Notes under the pieces: model-generated | What the model was told of the DNA's origin: nothing | What the model saw: only the letters and a program-made list of their open reading frames with translations | The model's database searches: none | DNA from: Podarcis pityusensis | Lineage: Eukaryota | DNA: 64,000 bases | Strand: one strand, 5' to 3' | Assembly (NCBI GenBank): GCA_964106645.2 | Contig: OZ067043.1 | Made by a program: the position numbers and the translations under genes | Part shown: piece by piece, positions 25,022 through 37,491 of the stretch | Position numbering within the stretch: position 1 is the first letter of the stretch | Layout of the letters: the number at the start of each line of letters is the position of its first letter

Positions 25022-26206
25022 GTAAGTAAGAGTAATCACCTGGCATTCATACCTTCCCAAGAACATTCCTTATTACAAGAATTTTCTGAGAACTTGCCTC
25101 TCTGTTTTGTGTGTGTGTGTTCACTGTGTTTCTTGATTACTTCTTTCACACTTTAGTACATCTCATAATCACAGCACAAAGCGGATAACAATATTTGAAT
25201 ATTCAGGATTTCACTGACATGTCCAGCTGCCCAGCTATCCAATTGGGATCTTAAATTTGGCCCACGTAGAAATATATTTTTCTCACAGTTTATTTATGAC
25301 CTTCAAACTGCTGAGCAAGTGAGAGCTCACCTTCCTTCTAAGCCCACCAGCACATGCATAGAATTTAGAAGAGAGGTAGAGTCTTTCCTCACTTGTGCAT
25401 AGCTTTAGATTGCCAGGAAACATTCTCACTATCTTATTCAAACTAGGCAGGCATGAAACATCAGTTTTATTACACACACACCCGTCACCTACGCCTGTCA
25501 GAAGGCTAAAGGAAGATGTGGCGCCTTTTCTTCCACAGCAGTTTGGAGAAGGTTAGAAATACCAGTCGTTCTCTTGCTGTTTCTTACCTTCTTCAAACTT
25601 GTATTCAAGTGATCTAAGACTCTGCCTCTGACAAACAGATGGAACATGAAACACTACGGAGTTTCCCCTCCATAGTGATGTAGTTTGGACAAAAGAGAAA
25701 ACTACAGCTTCTTTCTTTTTCTAGATTACCATGCAGATTGCCATCAAATTTGGAGCAAAATTGAGAGTTGTATCACACCTGTTTCAGGTTTAAATCTCTG
25801 CTGGTTTTGGGAATTGCAACTAGAGCTAGAAAAGGATATGATATTGGAGTAATTTGAATGAATTAAACCAGCAACAATTTAAATTATTTAATGAAAATAG
25901 TGCATTCATATAGATGTGGATGTGAGTTTACACTTTACTCTGGAACAGAGATACATAAAAAACCCCTCAAAGGTTTTTGCTTCCTTTTTGTACTCATACA
26001 AGCTTGAGGGCTTTTGCACATACTAAACATAAAAATGTTTGCCAGCCATTGTCTGAACTGCAGTGTCTTTCAATATACCTACTTGAAATCAGCAGAAATA
26101 CGGTCTCCATGATTTTAACCAGGCGGATGTAAAGATGTTTCATCTCTGAAAACACCATGCGTGGGGCAGAAAGCAAACCTGCTTCTGAAAGGCCCTTGGG
26201 GCATGA

Positions 26207-26207
<1 letters not shown>

Positions 26208-26249
<42 letters not shown>

Positions 26250-26294
26250 TTATTATTTATACCCCGCCCATCTGGCTGGGTTTCCCCAGCCACT
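26208..26294 (-). mobile_element. L2/SINE 3' tail with (AAT)14 microsatellite
   Basis: (AAT)n then TTTATTATTTATACCCCGCCCATCTGGCTGGGTTTCCCCAGCCACT. Confidence 0.75.
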
Positions 26295-26343
26295 GTTTGG
26301 TTTTGGTTTTTGTCCTGCAACAACCATTCTTGAAGTTCTAGGT

Positions 26344-26479
26344 CAGGCTTCCTCAACCTCGGCCCTCCAGATGTTTTGAGACTACAATTCCCATCATCCC
26401 TGACCACTGGTCCTGCTAGCTAGGGATCATGGGAGTTATAGGCCAAAAACATCTGGAGGGCCGAGGTTGAGGAAACCTG
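26344..26479. mobile_element. Young palindromic hAT (Charlie-type) MITE, 136 bp
   Basis: CAGGCTTCCTCAACCTCGGCCCTCCAGATGTTTT ... AAAACATCTGGAGGGCCGAGGTTGAGGAAACCTG; TSD TTCTAGGT / CTCTAGGT. Confidence 0.92.
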
Positions 26480-27019
26480 CTCTAGGTTTTACAGCCCCAG
26501 AACATGGTCGTTAGCAGTTCTGTCAGAACGCAAGATCTTGGGCTGCAAAAAGCAGTCAGCCCCACACAGCCTTGTGGAAAGGGGGACTAGCCTGGGCGGG
26601 GGGAGTGGAGGGTGAGCAGAACAGACCACTTTGGTTCTCCTTGCAGTCATTTGAGAAGGAGTGTTTGCATATTTGAGCACCCTTGCTTCAAAGGGATGCC
26701 CTAGCCCTACTTTGGAATATCTTCTAATTTTTTTGTGTTAATTAGATTGTGCAAAATTGCCTTGGAAGAATGGGAAAGAGCCAATAAAATGTTAAAGACC
26801 AATTATGCTAATAAGGTGGGCACCATTTCAGACAGATTTCGTGCTGTTAGTATGGAAGGTGTCCAAGTTAATTAGAAGAAATTAAAATTTCTTTTGGAAT
26901 AGTTTTTGCTTGCTTTAGCTGACAAGAATTTAAAAGTTCAAGTGTGTTCCTGTTTACAATGATCACCTTTAAAATCACACAACTTGATCTGGTAATATAA
27001 CAAAATTACTGTAGTCCCT

Positions 27020-27022
<3 letters not shown>

Positions 27023-27064
<42 letters not shown>

Positions 27065-27068
27065 TGTG
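27023..27068. repeat. (TG)n microsatellite
   Basis: Direct reading. Confidence 0.95.
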
Positions 27069-28139
27069 AAGTTCTTTCTCTTCACTTTGTATACCAAGTA
27101 TATATAATATATATATGCATTATAAGTAAAATAATCAAAATATTACTATTATTTTTAGTACAGTTACTATGCCCAGTTTGAGGAGACTGGGTGTTTGGGT
27201 TGAAGTATTATTTGGCATGATTAATATCTATAAATAGAGTGGTATGCTACAATTTTTTTTTTAACACATGTGTCATGCATTCTTTCCAGACATTGTTTTT
27301 TGGAAAATGCTTCAATAAATGAGATTTGATATAGAGACAGTATAGTTCAAATAAACTGCTCTTTCTGGTACTACCTTTTTGGCTTTATCAACCAGCTGTG
27401 TCTCACTGTAACTGCATTCCCTTGTCATGGTCAGATCCCCTCCTGTTGAGATTTAGATTGTCAATTACTTTTCTCTTCTGCAGAGACGGGGGCCTATTAG
27501 AATGGTCTGCCGTCGAAGACTGATAGAACCAATTGGCTTCCAGGAGACTCTGGGGTATTTTTTCTGCTGAGAGGTTGAGGTCCTGGTCTATCTTTGCAAT
27601 TTAGGATTTGCCCTATGTTCACCCCTAAGGGCTTTGCCTGAGCCCAAGTAGTACCATGGTATACCCTGGAGTTGAGAGCAAGAAAGCAGGTTAGAATATG
27701 ATTATAATGCAAGTAGAAGAAGAATTGGAATGAATGCAGTTGAAAGCAAGTGTGTGCTCATTGTAAAGCCTATTTTGTGCTGGTGAAGGCAGTAAAAAAT
27801 TACTTCTCTGCCTCCATCATCCTTGGTGTCTCATCCAGCAGAGCTTTATAGGATGCTTTTACATATTGGCCTGAAGGATATGCTGGAACTCTCAATGCCC
27901 TGCTGTGAATTATTTGTAAGGCATGTTGAGGATATGATTGCTTGTATCCATAGAGACCTAGATTTCACTATTATAGCAGGCCAGTTTCTAAGAGTATCCA
28001 GAACACTATTTTGTCAGATGTTCATGGATGAGTTTCAATTAATAAGGCTTGAGAATGTGGATGATGTGCTTGGAAAGGTGTAGGTGTTCTTGCTCCCGTA
28101 CATGTTATGACTGATAACATCCAGTAGGGAGGGGATGGC

Positions 28140-28510
28140 CAACTAGCCCAAGAAGATAATTAATGCCTCTCTGAGAGAGGGAGTAGTCCCACGAAAGAGC
28201 CAGCAACAAGACTACTCATTAATAAAATTCATTAGACCCAAAAGTTATGTATAACTATAGACTGGTTGCAAATGTCCCTTTGCTGAGCCCGGTTCTTGAG
28301 TCGGTGGGCACCAACCAGCTCTAGTCTCCAGGCACTCTTGGGTGAAGCTGATTTTCTAGATCTACTTCATTCTGTGTTTAGGCCTGGTTTAGGCACTGAG
28401 GCCATCTTGTATTATACCTTGTGTCAGCAGAGAGATGGGGGAATGTGTCCCCATTGATTGTCCTTGATCGCTTGACAACTTTCCATACGATGGTCCATGA
28501 TGTTTTTCTT
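28140..28510 (+). mobile_element. Decayed L2 reverse-transcriptase fragment
   Basis: Frameshifted remnants INASLREGVVP, NYRLVANVP, DFLD..SVFRPGLGTE and LD..TF.T..H, resembling L2 RT motifs NYRP / QSGFRP.TETAL / LDLSAAFDT.DH. Confidence 0.7.
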
Positions 28511-29202
28511 GGGAGCACCAGTGATAGGATGCTTGTATTCTGATTATGTTTTTATATGATTATGCATTTTATTACTGTATTTTAATTTTAGTTGTAAATC
28601 ACTCTAGAGCTTTTTGAAGAAGGAAGCAACTTGGGAATTTTGTAAACCATCAGAAAAGAAGCATCTGGTTCTGTTATGAATGTTGTCATGGCCATGTAAA
28701 CCAAGGTGGAGGCTAGATTTTATTTTATTAAATGAGAGCCAACTTGATCTCTGATACAGGGACATCACTTTTAAAGAGTAGTAACCAGAAGGCAAAGGTG
28801 CAAAAAGAAAATTCTATCAGGCACTGGAAATGAGCCTTTCTTTAGCAAAAGGCCTCATGCAAATGTTTGCATACATAATGCTTTGATGTCTTCCATATTT
28901 CCAAGCCACCATTTTCTTATATTGGACATATTCCTTATCTATTTAATATTTTCACCCCACGTTCCCCCTACTGCACAGAGATCAGAGCAGTTAGCACAAC
29001 TGTTTGACTGCCTGGCTGAGAAAACAGGTTCCTGGGTAGACTCTTCATTCTTAGTTAAGCGTAGAGAGCATTGCACATACCAATATTTTATTGAACAAGT
29101 GCTTCTTATTAATATGAAATTGGTGGTAGAGAGGGGAAAGAAAGAGTGATTACTTAATGTTTTGCAAGTACTCTAATTGCTTCACTGTGTTTGCTGCACC
29201 AG

Positions 29203-29257
29203 AATTCACCTGAGCTTGATGAAGAAGGCTACAGCATCAGACCAGACGAACCAGGCT
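29203..29257 (+). CDS. SGIP1: SGIP1 exon 6 (55 nt): [18 protein letters not shown](S), start of the AP2-activating segment
   Basis: gctgcaccag|AATTCACCT...CCAGGCT|atatcctt; DEEGYSIRP motif shared with the FCHO linker; followed by a U12 donor. Confidence 0.96.
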
Positions 29258-29712
29258 ATATCCTTCATGGTCAGTTTTACAACTGAGTTTGCAAACTCTG
29301 AAACAAGTGTGGGTTCAAGTGTGGCCACCTGCTGCCATCCTCCCTACCCCTGGATGCCCCTGAAACATCAGTATCTCAAGTTTATTTTATTTTATATATT
29401 TATCAAATGTATATCCCGCCCCTCCTCCCAAAGGAGCCTAAAATGTTCAAGAGGCTTTATGAATGAGAAGATAGTGGCCATAAGTAAAATTTAATTTTAA
29501 GCAATCATTATAAAAAGAAAAAAGGAGCCAACACTCATGCCTGGTGTTGGAGGCAGTGATGGTCTGGGTGGGGACCAAGAAACTGAAATTGATCCTGATG
29601 GAGGTATTCTCTGGAATTTGTAAATCTATTTTTATTATTGTTGGCCCATGCCGATCAGTTCCAAAAGTTATATTTTGTGATTCAACAACATTTCTCTTTA
29701 ACTGTGATCTAC
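29258..29712 (+). other. SGIP1: U12-type (minor spliceosome) AT-AC intron, 455 nt
   Basis: 5' site ATATCCTT; branch-site-like TCTTTAAC at 29695-29702, ending 10 nt before the end of the intron; terminal AC at 29711-29712; splicing gives T+CT ACC AAA GGA = STKG as in mammalian SGIP1. Confidence 0.93.
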
Positions 29713-29888
29713 CTACCAAAGGAAAGCACTTTTATTCCTCAAGTGAATCTGAAGAGGAAGAGGAGGCACACAAGAAATTCAACATTAAGATTAAGCCCTT
29801 GCAGTCTAAAGATGTTCTTAAGAGTGCGGCAACCGTTGATGAACTGAAAGCCTCTATAGGCAACATTGCACTTTCGCCATCTCTAGTG
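29713..29888 (+). CDS. SGIP1: SGIP1 exon 7 (176 nt): (S)[58 protein letters not shown]
   Basis: Within ORF 29544..29918; near identity to the recalled SGIP1 AP2-activating region; ends GTG|gtaagc. Confidence 0.97.
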
Positions 29889-32800
29889 GTAAGCAAAACT
29901 CTTTTTTTAATATGGTGATTGATTAGATTTTCAAAAGTTAATTTTGCTTAGCTTTCTTGTTATATTTGTTCCTTGTATTAGCATTTTTATTATAACAAAT
30001 CTTGGTTTTATCACACAATGGCAAGGCTTTTCAGAAACTATTTTTGGTTCAGGATGTGTTGAAAAGTGTGTTCTGCATGTTGACAGGTTGCTTTTTTAAG
30101 TATATTGCTGAACTGCACTAGCAACTTTCTGCGCATGCCAAGTACATTTCAGTAAGCCTAATGTTTCTCATATCAGTGAATGGCACAGCTATTTTGATCC
30201 ATGCCAAAAGAAAAAACATTTGCAGCACTTTAACAAAAAATAATACATTACTAATTATAGATGACTTTACTTGTTAAAAATAGGGTCACATTTTTGTAGG
30301 TACACTTTAATTATAATGCCCACAAGCCAGATAGCCATATATTGATTCTGTGAGCTCAGGAGATGTCCTTGATATTTTTTTAGGAGAAGTAGACCCCCTC
30401 CTATGCTTTATGCTGAACCACCCTTTGAGACTTGAAAGCCAATCCATTATGTATGCTTAAAGGTGTAAAGCTGTAATTTGGCAACGTAAGATTCCATGTA
30501 AAGTCAGAATCTAATTTATTGGAAATAGTCTGGATTGTTATGTCATAAAGGGCAGCAGAGAATGAGTGAAGATGCTATTGTTTTGCCCCTTGGAGAAGGA
30601 GAAGACATGGCAAGTAGTTCTGTGATACGATCTGGAGGATTCCTCCACCCCCAACGGAATACAAGGCTGCAATTTGAAAGGAAATACTGGCACAGAGGGA
30701 GAGGTACTTCTTTAGCACTTTCCCCTCATACTATTTCCATTTGAAAATTTTGCACACAAGCAGGACTTGCACTCCTGTAACACTTTCCAGGGAGAAAGCC
30801 CCACTGAACACAGGGAGACCTCATTAAGCATGCATAGGATTACCCTGTAAAATGTTTTAAATGTATGAGTGAAGATATGAAGTGTGGACACAACAAAAGT
30901 GTTTGTCATAAAGAGAACAGAGCTGGGTAAGCTACTAGTCCTTGTGTATCCAATGACAGCAAGTAAGAAAAAATGTGTTTTAAATAATTTATTGACGTGA
31001 AATAAAAAAGAGTTTGCCAGCCATGAGAGAGATCTTGGAGATAAAGGCTTTGGAGGACCTTCTCCCTTGTGGAAATTACTTGTACAGTATCCATTTCCCA
31101 CTGGATATTCCAGAACTCATAGGAAAGCAAAGGAGCAGGGATGGAGACTGAACCCCTTTCAGGGCAAGCAGCAATTTGTATATTTCAGTGTGGGCTCTAT
31201 CTCTTTAAAGTCTCATCTGACTTGTCTTTGTTAGCATGCAGTGTCTTGAAGCTTTGCAAAAAAATCTTACTCACCCCCTATAACTGTTCAGATTTGGAGG
31301 GTGGGAGTTGTAGGCTCCCTTGTTAAGGAGGTTAGGCAACAATGCCTTTTAAAAATTGTGTTATGTGTGGGGCCATAGTATTGCTTGTGAGTTTTGAGGA
31401 CTGTGGAATAAAAAAATGTGTAAGTAAAATCTCAGAAGTCACTGTTTTGTGTGCTTGTACATATGCTTGTACCATATGCTTTCTCTAAAATTTTACTCTA
31501 AATCCAAAGTAGCCCATGTGTTGTTGCACTATGATTCCCATCAGCCCCATAGCCAATGGTCAGGAATGATGGGAGCTCTATTCTAACAACATCAAGAGGA
31601 TGTCAGATTAGCTACCTCTGCTTCTATCATCTGGAAATTTTAATGTAAAGTGAGGACAAGCATATATGACAGCTGAATCAAATCTATATAATTTTGTTCA
31701 ATTTAGAGAGCATTTTGGGGGGGGGGGAAGAGGATGGATTATCTTTCCCTGCTAAAACAGGTTTTCTTATTTTGATAAATGATTTTGCATTGAGGGCCAG
31801 GGGCCTGGCATTGTTGAGTAAAACAGACTTATCACATACACAAACTGATAAATACATTGCAATACTTTCTCTCAAAGCTTTTGTATAACCTGGTCACTGG
31901 AGGTGCTGCTGAACACACAGCACCTGCGGAAGGCTGAATTTTGTAGCTTGCTAGGGAAAACCCACTTAGGTTGAGAGTGCTGCAAGGATCAACTTATTTT
32001 TGGAAAATGGGATGCTGCTTTAATGACAAGAAATGCTAGAGATAATACTCTTGGATCACTTCTAAATCCTTAGTTTTGTTTTCTATCCAGTCTACCATTG
32101 TTCTAAAAATCAAGGGTAGACTGCTGTCAGAGGGGTGCACAAACAAAACGTAAATGTAAGACTTACTTACATGCTACTAATTCATACCTACATTGCAAAT
32201 ATCCCATTTTCCCCCTTGCAAGGAACCCAGGGTTTTATAGTTATGTGAGGTGAACAGTGCTTCAGGACTTTTCAGTACCCTCACAGAAGTACTATTCCTG
32301 ACATTCTTGGGAGAAAGCCATGACAGAATATATCCTGGCAACGAAAAACTATAGAACGCCCCTAACTGATCCCTCGTCACAGCTAATACTAACTTATATC
32401 TATAATTAATTGCTGTTCTAAGTAATAGTGTTCTGTGGGTACATAACTGCTTAAAAGCTTTTCAGTTTACAATAGAACAAAATGAATTATCATTAGCTGT
32501 TTTTAATTTGTAATCAAATAAAATTTTCCAATGTTGATTGACTTTTAGCAATTGCATTTTCATCTGATACTTAAGTTTTAATAAATATTTATTTATTTGT
32601 TGATCTCTACCCTGTAAACCAAAGCAAAAGAACCCTGAAGTTGTACTAAATTAAACCTCATAACGTGTTTTAACAATACTGCTGGGATCACATTTATGTT
32701 GTTTTTAAATTTGCTGTTGCATTCTGTTTTTTGCTTATGTGCTGTGGCGGTTGGTCTTGATTCTAGCAAGTGAGCTTTGCAGTCATTATGCAGTCACCAG

Positions 32801-35049
32801 GCTGTTGCAGCTGGGCTTGGAGGCAAGACAACAGTGCATTATATTGTTGTATATGGAAGCCAGGTTCAAGAGTTGATTTGTGACACTCATTTCCTGGGCT
32901 GTGGAAGATGTGGGAGCAGTAAATCAGAATGATGGCTTTGTTGCACTGCAGAAAATGCAGCTTCCTGATCTACTGATGTTGTACGTCTTAAGGAAGCTTG
33001 GCATGTAAAGCGGTAATGCTCTTTATGGAGAGCAGGATGCTAATAAGAATAACTGAACTAAATTGCTCTATAACTACACTCTTTTAATAAGGACAGAATA
33101 TATACCAAGCAAACTGCATTGCTTTACATTCTTTTCTAAGACAGCAGCACTTCATGCTGTTATATTTAAAAGCAGTAAATTAAGTAAGATATTTGGGGTG
33201 TTTAATTCAAAAGACTGTACTCTGATCAATAGAAGTGATGCCTAACACGACACTTGGTTCACAATAGTTGGATTCCATCTAGTGTGTGAAAGCATTGTAT
33301 ATTTGTTTTCCACATCCTATTATTGGCTAAAGGGTAAATGCCAGCACCCTCATAAAATCTTTATATTTCATCCATAAGGCACCTAGGGTGGTATATAGAG
33401 GACATGGCTGACTACTCTGCTCCTTTAAGCTTTTATAAGAGGCAGAGGACTGTGTGCTTGAGGATTTCCATTAGCTAAGAAGAGATGAGGTAGGAGCAAA
33501 GACGATGGTGGGGGGCAGTTACTTTAGTTACTCAGTTATTGTTTCTGCTGTACCTGATAAGCATGAAGGTGGTCAAGAAACCAACAGGATAGGCGATTGC
33601 AGCTTCATTTTTAACTTTTATTGTCAAGGGGTCTTTCTTTAAATTTCAAAACACTAACAAAAGTCAAGCAGGGTGGAAACTCCAGATATGATTGGCAATT
33701 CTTTCAAAAATTACATTTATTTATTATCGTGTCTATAGGGCTCCAAGGAGCTCTGGCATACATTTTCCAGGCCTGCAGGACCTGCTGTTGCCCTTTTGTG
33801 TAGGGTTTCACTGTCCCTCTTGCACCCTCTTTTGGGTTCCTTTCTTCCAATCTGTCCTGTCATCCTGTTCTATAGGCCTAGAATACCTTCTGTTTGACAT
33901 TTTTATTCAGCGAAGCCAAGTTAGCCAGACCTTACATTCATTCCACCTGATTCTCCTTAGCCTAGATCCTCAGAGGTATTCTAACAAGGCAGAACAAGCA
34001 TGGTGGGGGCAGCATCATAGCAGACTCTACCCCAACTTTCACAAGTTCATTTAGAGTTACTAAAGTGAGCCTGATGCACATGGCATTTGTGCATGTGTAC
34101 GGACCTCTTTATATGACCGGGAATCCTTCAAAGGCCGGGTTTTGAATTGTGTAGAGACATCACTAAGCACATACACTTACTTCAGATGTTGAAACATGCT
34201 AGAGGTAGAGACTTCCAGCACATAGTTGGTATCCCCCACCCCCAGATAAATTGCATTATTCAATTATATGTGACAGTAGCACCTATGTTATTTTCATGTG
34301 CCTGCCCCTGTTCGCAGAATAAAGCTAGGGGTGGGATGGTCTTTCCCTGTGACACAGTTAATTTCTCTTGGCACTTTTGTCTGCTCCTGAATCAGCACTG
34401 GAGCCAGGAAAGAAGAAAAGTGGATGGAGTAGTGAGGCACAAGACAAGCAGCAGGGAGGGTTCACATTCACCGATAGGACTTTTTCTCTTCTTTTTTAGT
34501 GTGTTTCTTTTTTCTTTTTTTTCTTTTTTTTGATATATAGTTACTTCTTCCTCCATGTCAATTAAGCTAATAGACTTAGCAGTGCTTTGCTCTGCCCTGT
34601 AACCTGCTTTAGCCAATGGCCATCTGCTCAAACACCAAAGCATAAAACAGGATTGAGGCACTTGGAGGCGAGTAGCATTTGCTGGATATTGCAGTGTCTC
34701 AAAATAAATAGAATAAGGAGGACAACCAGGAGTCCAGATAAGAGACAAATGAGAAGTTGTTATCAGAAATAAACCAAACCTCTTTTGGAATATGAATTGC
34801 ATATTCTTTAGAGGATCCCATAAGGTGTTAAGTACCTTCAAGGAGTAACCTGCTGTAGAGCTGGAAAGCAGAACCAAATTTTTTTCCTTATATAGGAGGG
34901 ATTTCTATGCACTTATCAGACTGGCTTTACCTGCCAAGCTTCCAGGTGGTGCTTGGTTGGAGCTCCTAAGAGCCGAAATGGTTCCTGCTTCCTTTGTGGT
35001 GGGAGGTGGTAGAAATCCCTTTATTCCTTTGGTTGCTGCCTACAGGTAT

Positions 35050-36330
35050 CCCCTCACCCTTCCTACCAACACATCCTAGGCTTGGCAGTCAGGTTGTGGC
35101 TCCAAGAGTGAGGATAGCGATCTGAGTTGGGTAGGTGTGTACCAGAATCTCTTGATGCTGATGGATGACGGGCAGAAGGAGGCTGGGTGTTCCACATGAT
35201 CTACCATGGGGCACTGCGTTTGCATCCCTGACCCACAGGGTATGTGGCTGTGTGTGGAACCCATCACAGAACTCTTTCTCATAGAACTTTCTTGCATGCC
35301 CATAGCAAGCATGCATGCTTAATGGAGCAGCACATTGGAGGATTGAGGTAGCAAAGACAATACTTCCTGAGGTCTACAGCAGGGGATGGAAGGGCAGGTC
35401 CCAGGGCCAGTCTTAGGACAAGAGGAAATAGGAGCTTCAGGGACCACTCTGGTTCCTCCTCTAGAAGCTCCTCCAGAGCTCTTGTACTTCCCACAAGCGT
35501 GCAGCCCATGGGTTCCAAAGAGGCACCCCCTCCCCTTGGTGGGGAGAGGCAACGCCCAAAGAAACAAGCGAACACATTCCCCTCACTGGCTACGATACTG
35601 CCACTGCGCAAAGCTAAGCCAGCATGTTCCCATTGACCCTGGGGTTCATTCCTAGCCAGGCCATGCAGGGTCTGAATCCCCAAATACAGGAAGTGGCAGA
35701 CGGGGAAAGACTTACCCTGCTGGTTCCTTTGGAAGTTTTCCTGGTGCTTTTGGTGAATGCCGCAGAAGCCACCCAGAAGGAAGCAAGAATCGCCTTCCCA
35801 CAGGGTCCTCCATGGGCGTAGCCAGGATTTATGTTAGCAGGGGCAGGGCGCAGAACCTCAGTTAAGTATTTTTGTTGATTTACTTGATCTTATCAGACTT
35901 AGCCACACCCATGGGGTCCTCCTTAGGCATTGCACCTGCCTAAGGCTTTGAAGACAGAGTGGGTAAGCCCAACTAAGGGCAAGCTTGTCCATAGGCTGGC
36001 AAACAAGCTGCATTGCCTCCCCAAGAAAGCAGTGGAGCTGTTGTATGTGCCTGTTCATTTATTATGTCAGCTCCTAAACTGGGGAACGCCCAGACAAGGA
36101 GGCTTTTCTTATGTGACCTTTTCCCAGGTCAGGATGGTCCAGGTAAAGGAGGTTTTTGAGGAATATTTCTTTCTTTATTCAGCTCCCCAATCACTTCCAG
36201 TCTTGTTATGGGGAGTATGGAAAGGCCATAATTTTGCTCTGCTTTCTGGCTGCAGAGGAGGTGCCCAGCCTCCCAAATAACCTTCAGCATCCTCTGAGAA
36301 CAGCAGTCCACAGTAGGAATTTGTTTTTTC
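35050..36330. mobile_element. Degraded GC-rich retroelement remnant, possibly DIRS-like
   Basis: GC-rich block with many overlapping short ORFs and no intact domain; family assigned only from faint resemblance. Confidence 0.3.
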
Positions 36331-37479
36331 ACGACAAGAACCTGTCTTGTGAATCTTGCTTTATTCCGTGCCTTAAGTAGATGGCAAACAAACAGTTTTT
36401 GATTGAAACTGGTGAGAGGTGTCTTCTGTAGTATTTGATGGAGGAACTACTCAGAGCCTTCTGTTGAGTTGTAATAGGTCTCTTATTAGATTACAAAAGG
36501 AAGCTCATTATTCTAAATGTATAACCCACAAGTTTTCTACTCATTTAAATAGGGTGGGGGTGATAGTACTAGCCCACTTAGGCAGAAGAGAATGCATGTA
36601 TCTTCAGTTACTTAGAGGATCACATCGATCATCCCTATTTTCTGGAAATGGTTTATTTTATTATCCTTATTAGCAAAGTAAATCTGATAATGGAAGCCAG
36701 GATAATGATTGGCATTTTCCTGACTACTTCTGTTCCCAAGATAGCTACCAGAATGATGTCTCAAGATAACTGCCAGAAGAATGTTGCAGTATTTGGCTGT
36801 ATACAAAGCACCTGTAACATCACCATCATAATAGTAATATAACATTGAAAGTTTGTTTTCAAGTCAAATAGCTTTTCACGAAAGTAAGAAGCCAAAATTG
36901 TTGCAAATGCCTGTTGTGGAGAGAATAAAAACAAGTCCACACTTTTTGGAAGGGTACAGCTTTTAAAGTCCATCAGGATACTCAGTTTACTGCAGTATAA
37001 TATTTTAATGGAAAATTGATTGTGGGGTTTGAAAATATAGTTTCTCTTTATTTGGTGTACCAGCAATGTGTAACTGGGCATTTACAATGTAAGACTGCAA
37101 CTGTATGCACTCTTATTTAGGGGGTATGTGTCATTTATCTCAATGGAACATATTTCTGAGTGAGTATGCATAAGCTGGGATCAGACTGCACTTACATTAT
37201 TGGTTTACACTTCTGTATGAGTATTTACTCTATTTTGTATATGATAACCTTTTAGGCATTTCAGAATTTGTTAGTTTGCTTGTAATCCAATCCTAAGCAT
37301 ACTTTCCTATAAGTAAGTTTCATGGAAATAAATCCCATTTTACTACTGAGCAGACCTGCTTGGACAGGAGACTGGGATATGCCATTTCATGGAGAATGAT
37401 ATTCTATGCATAAATGCTGATGTTTTTAGAAAATGCTTATTCTCCCTCCCTTTTCTCCATTTGTTAATGCATTCTATAG

Positions 37480-37491
37480 AGGAAAAGTCCG
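37480..37491 (+). CDS. SGIP1: SGIP1 12-nt microexon RKSP
   Basis: ttttctccatttgttaatgcattctatag|AGGAAAAGTCCG|gtaaga; matches RKSP of SPSPV-RKSP-RRSP-GAIK. Confidence 0.92.

Noticed and set aside
27484-27555. Strong acceptor followed by an open CpG-containing stretch (RRGPIRMVCRRR...)
   Set aside because: The available donors are weak and break phase, and there is no similarity to recalled SGIP1 isoforms.
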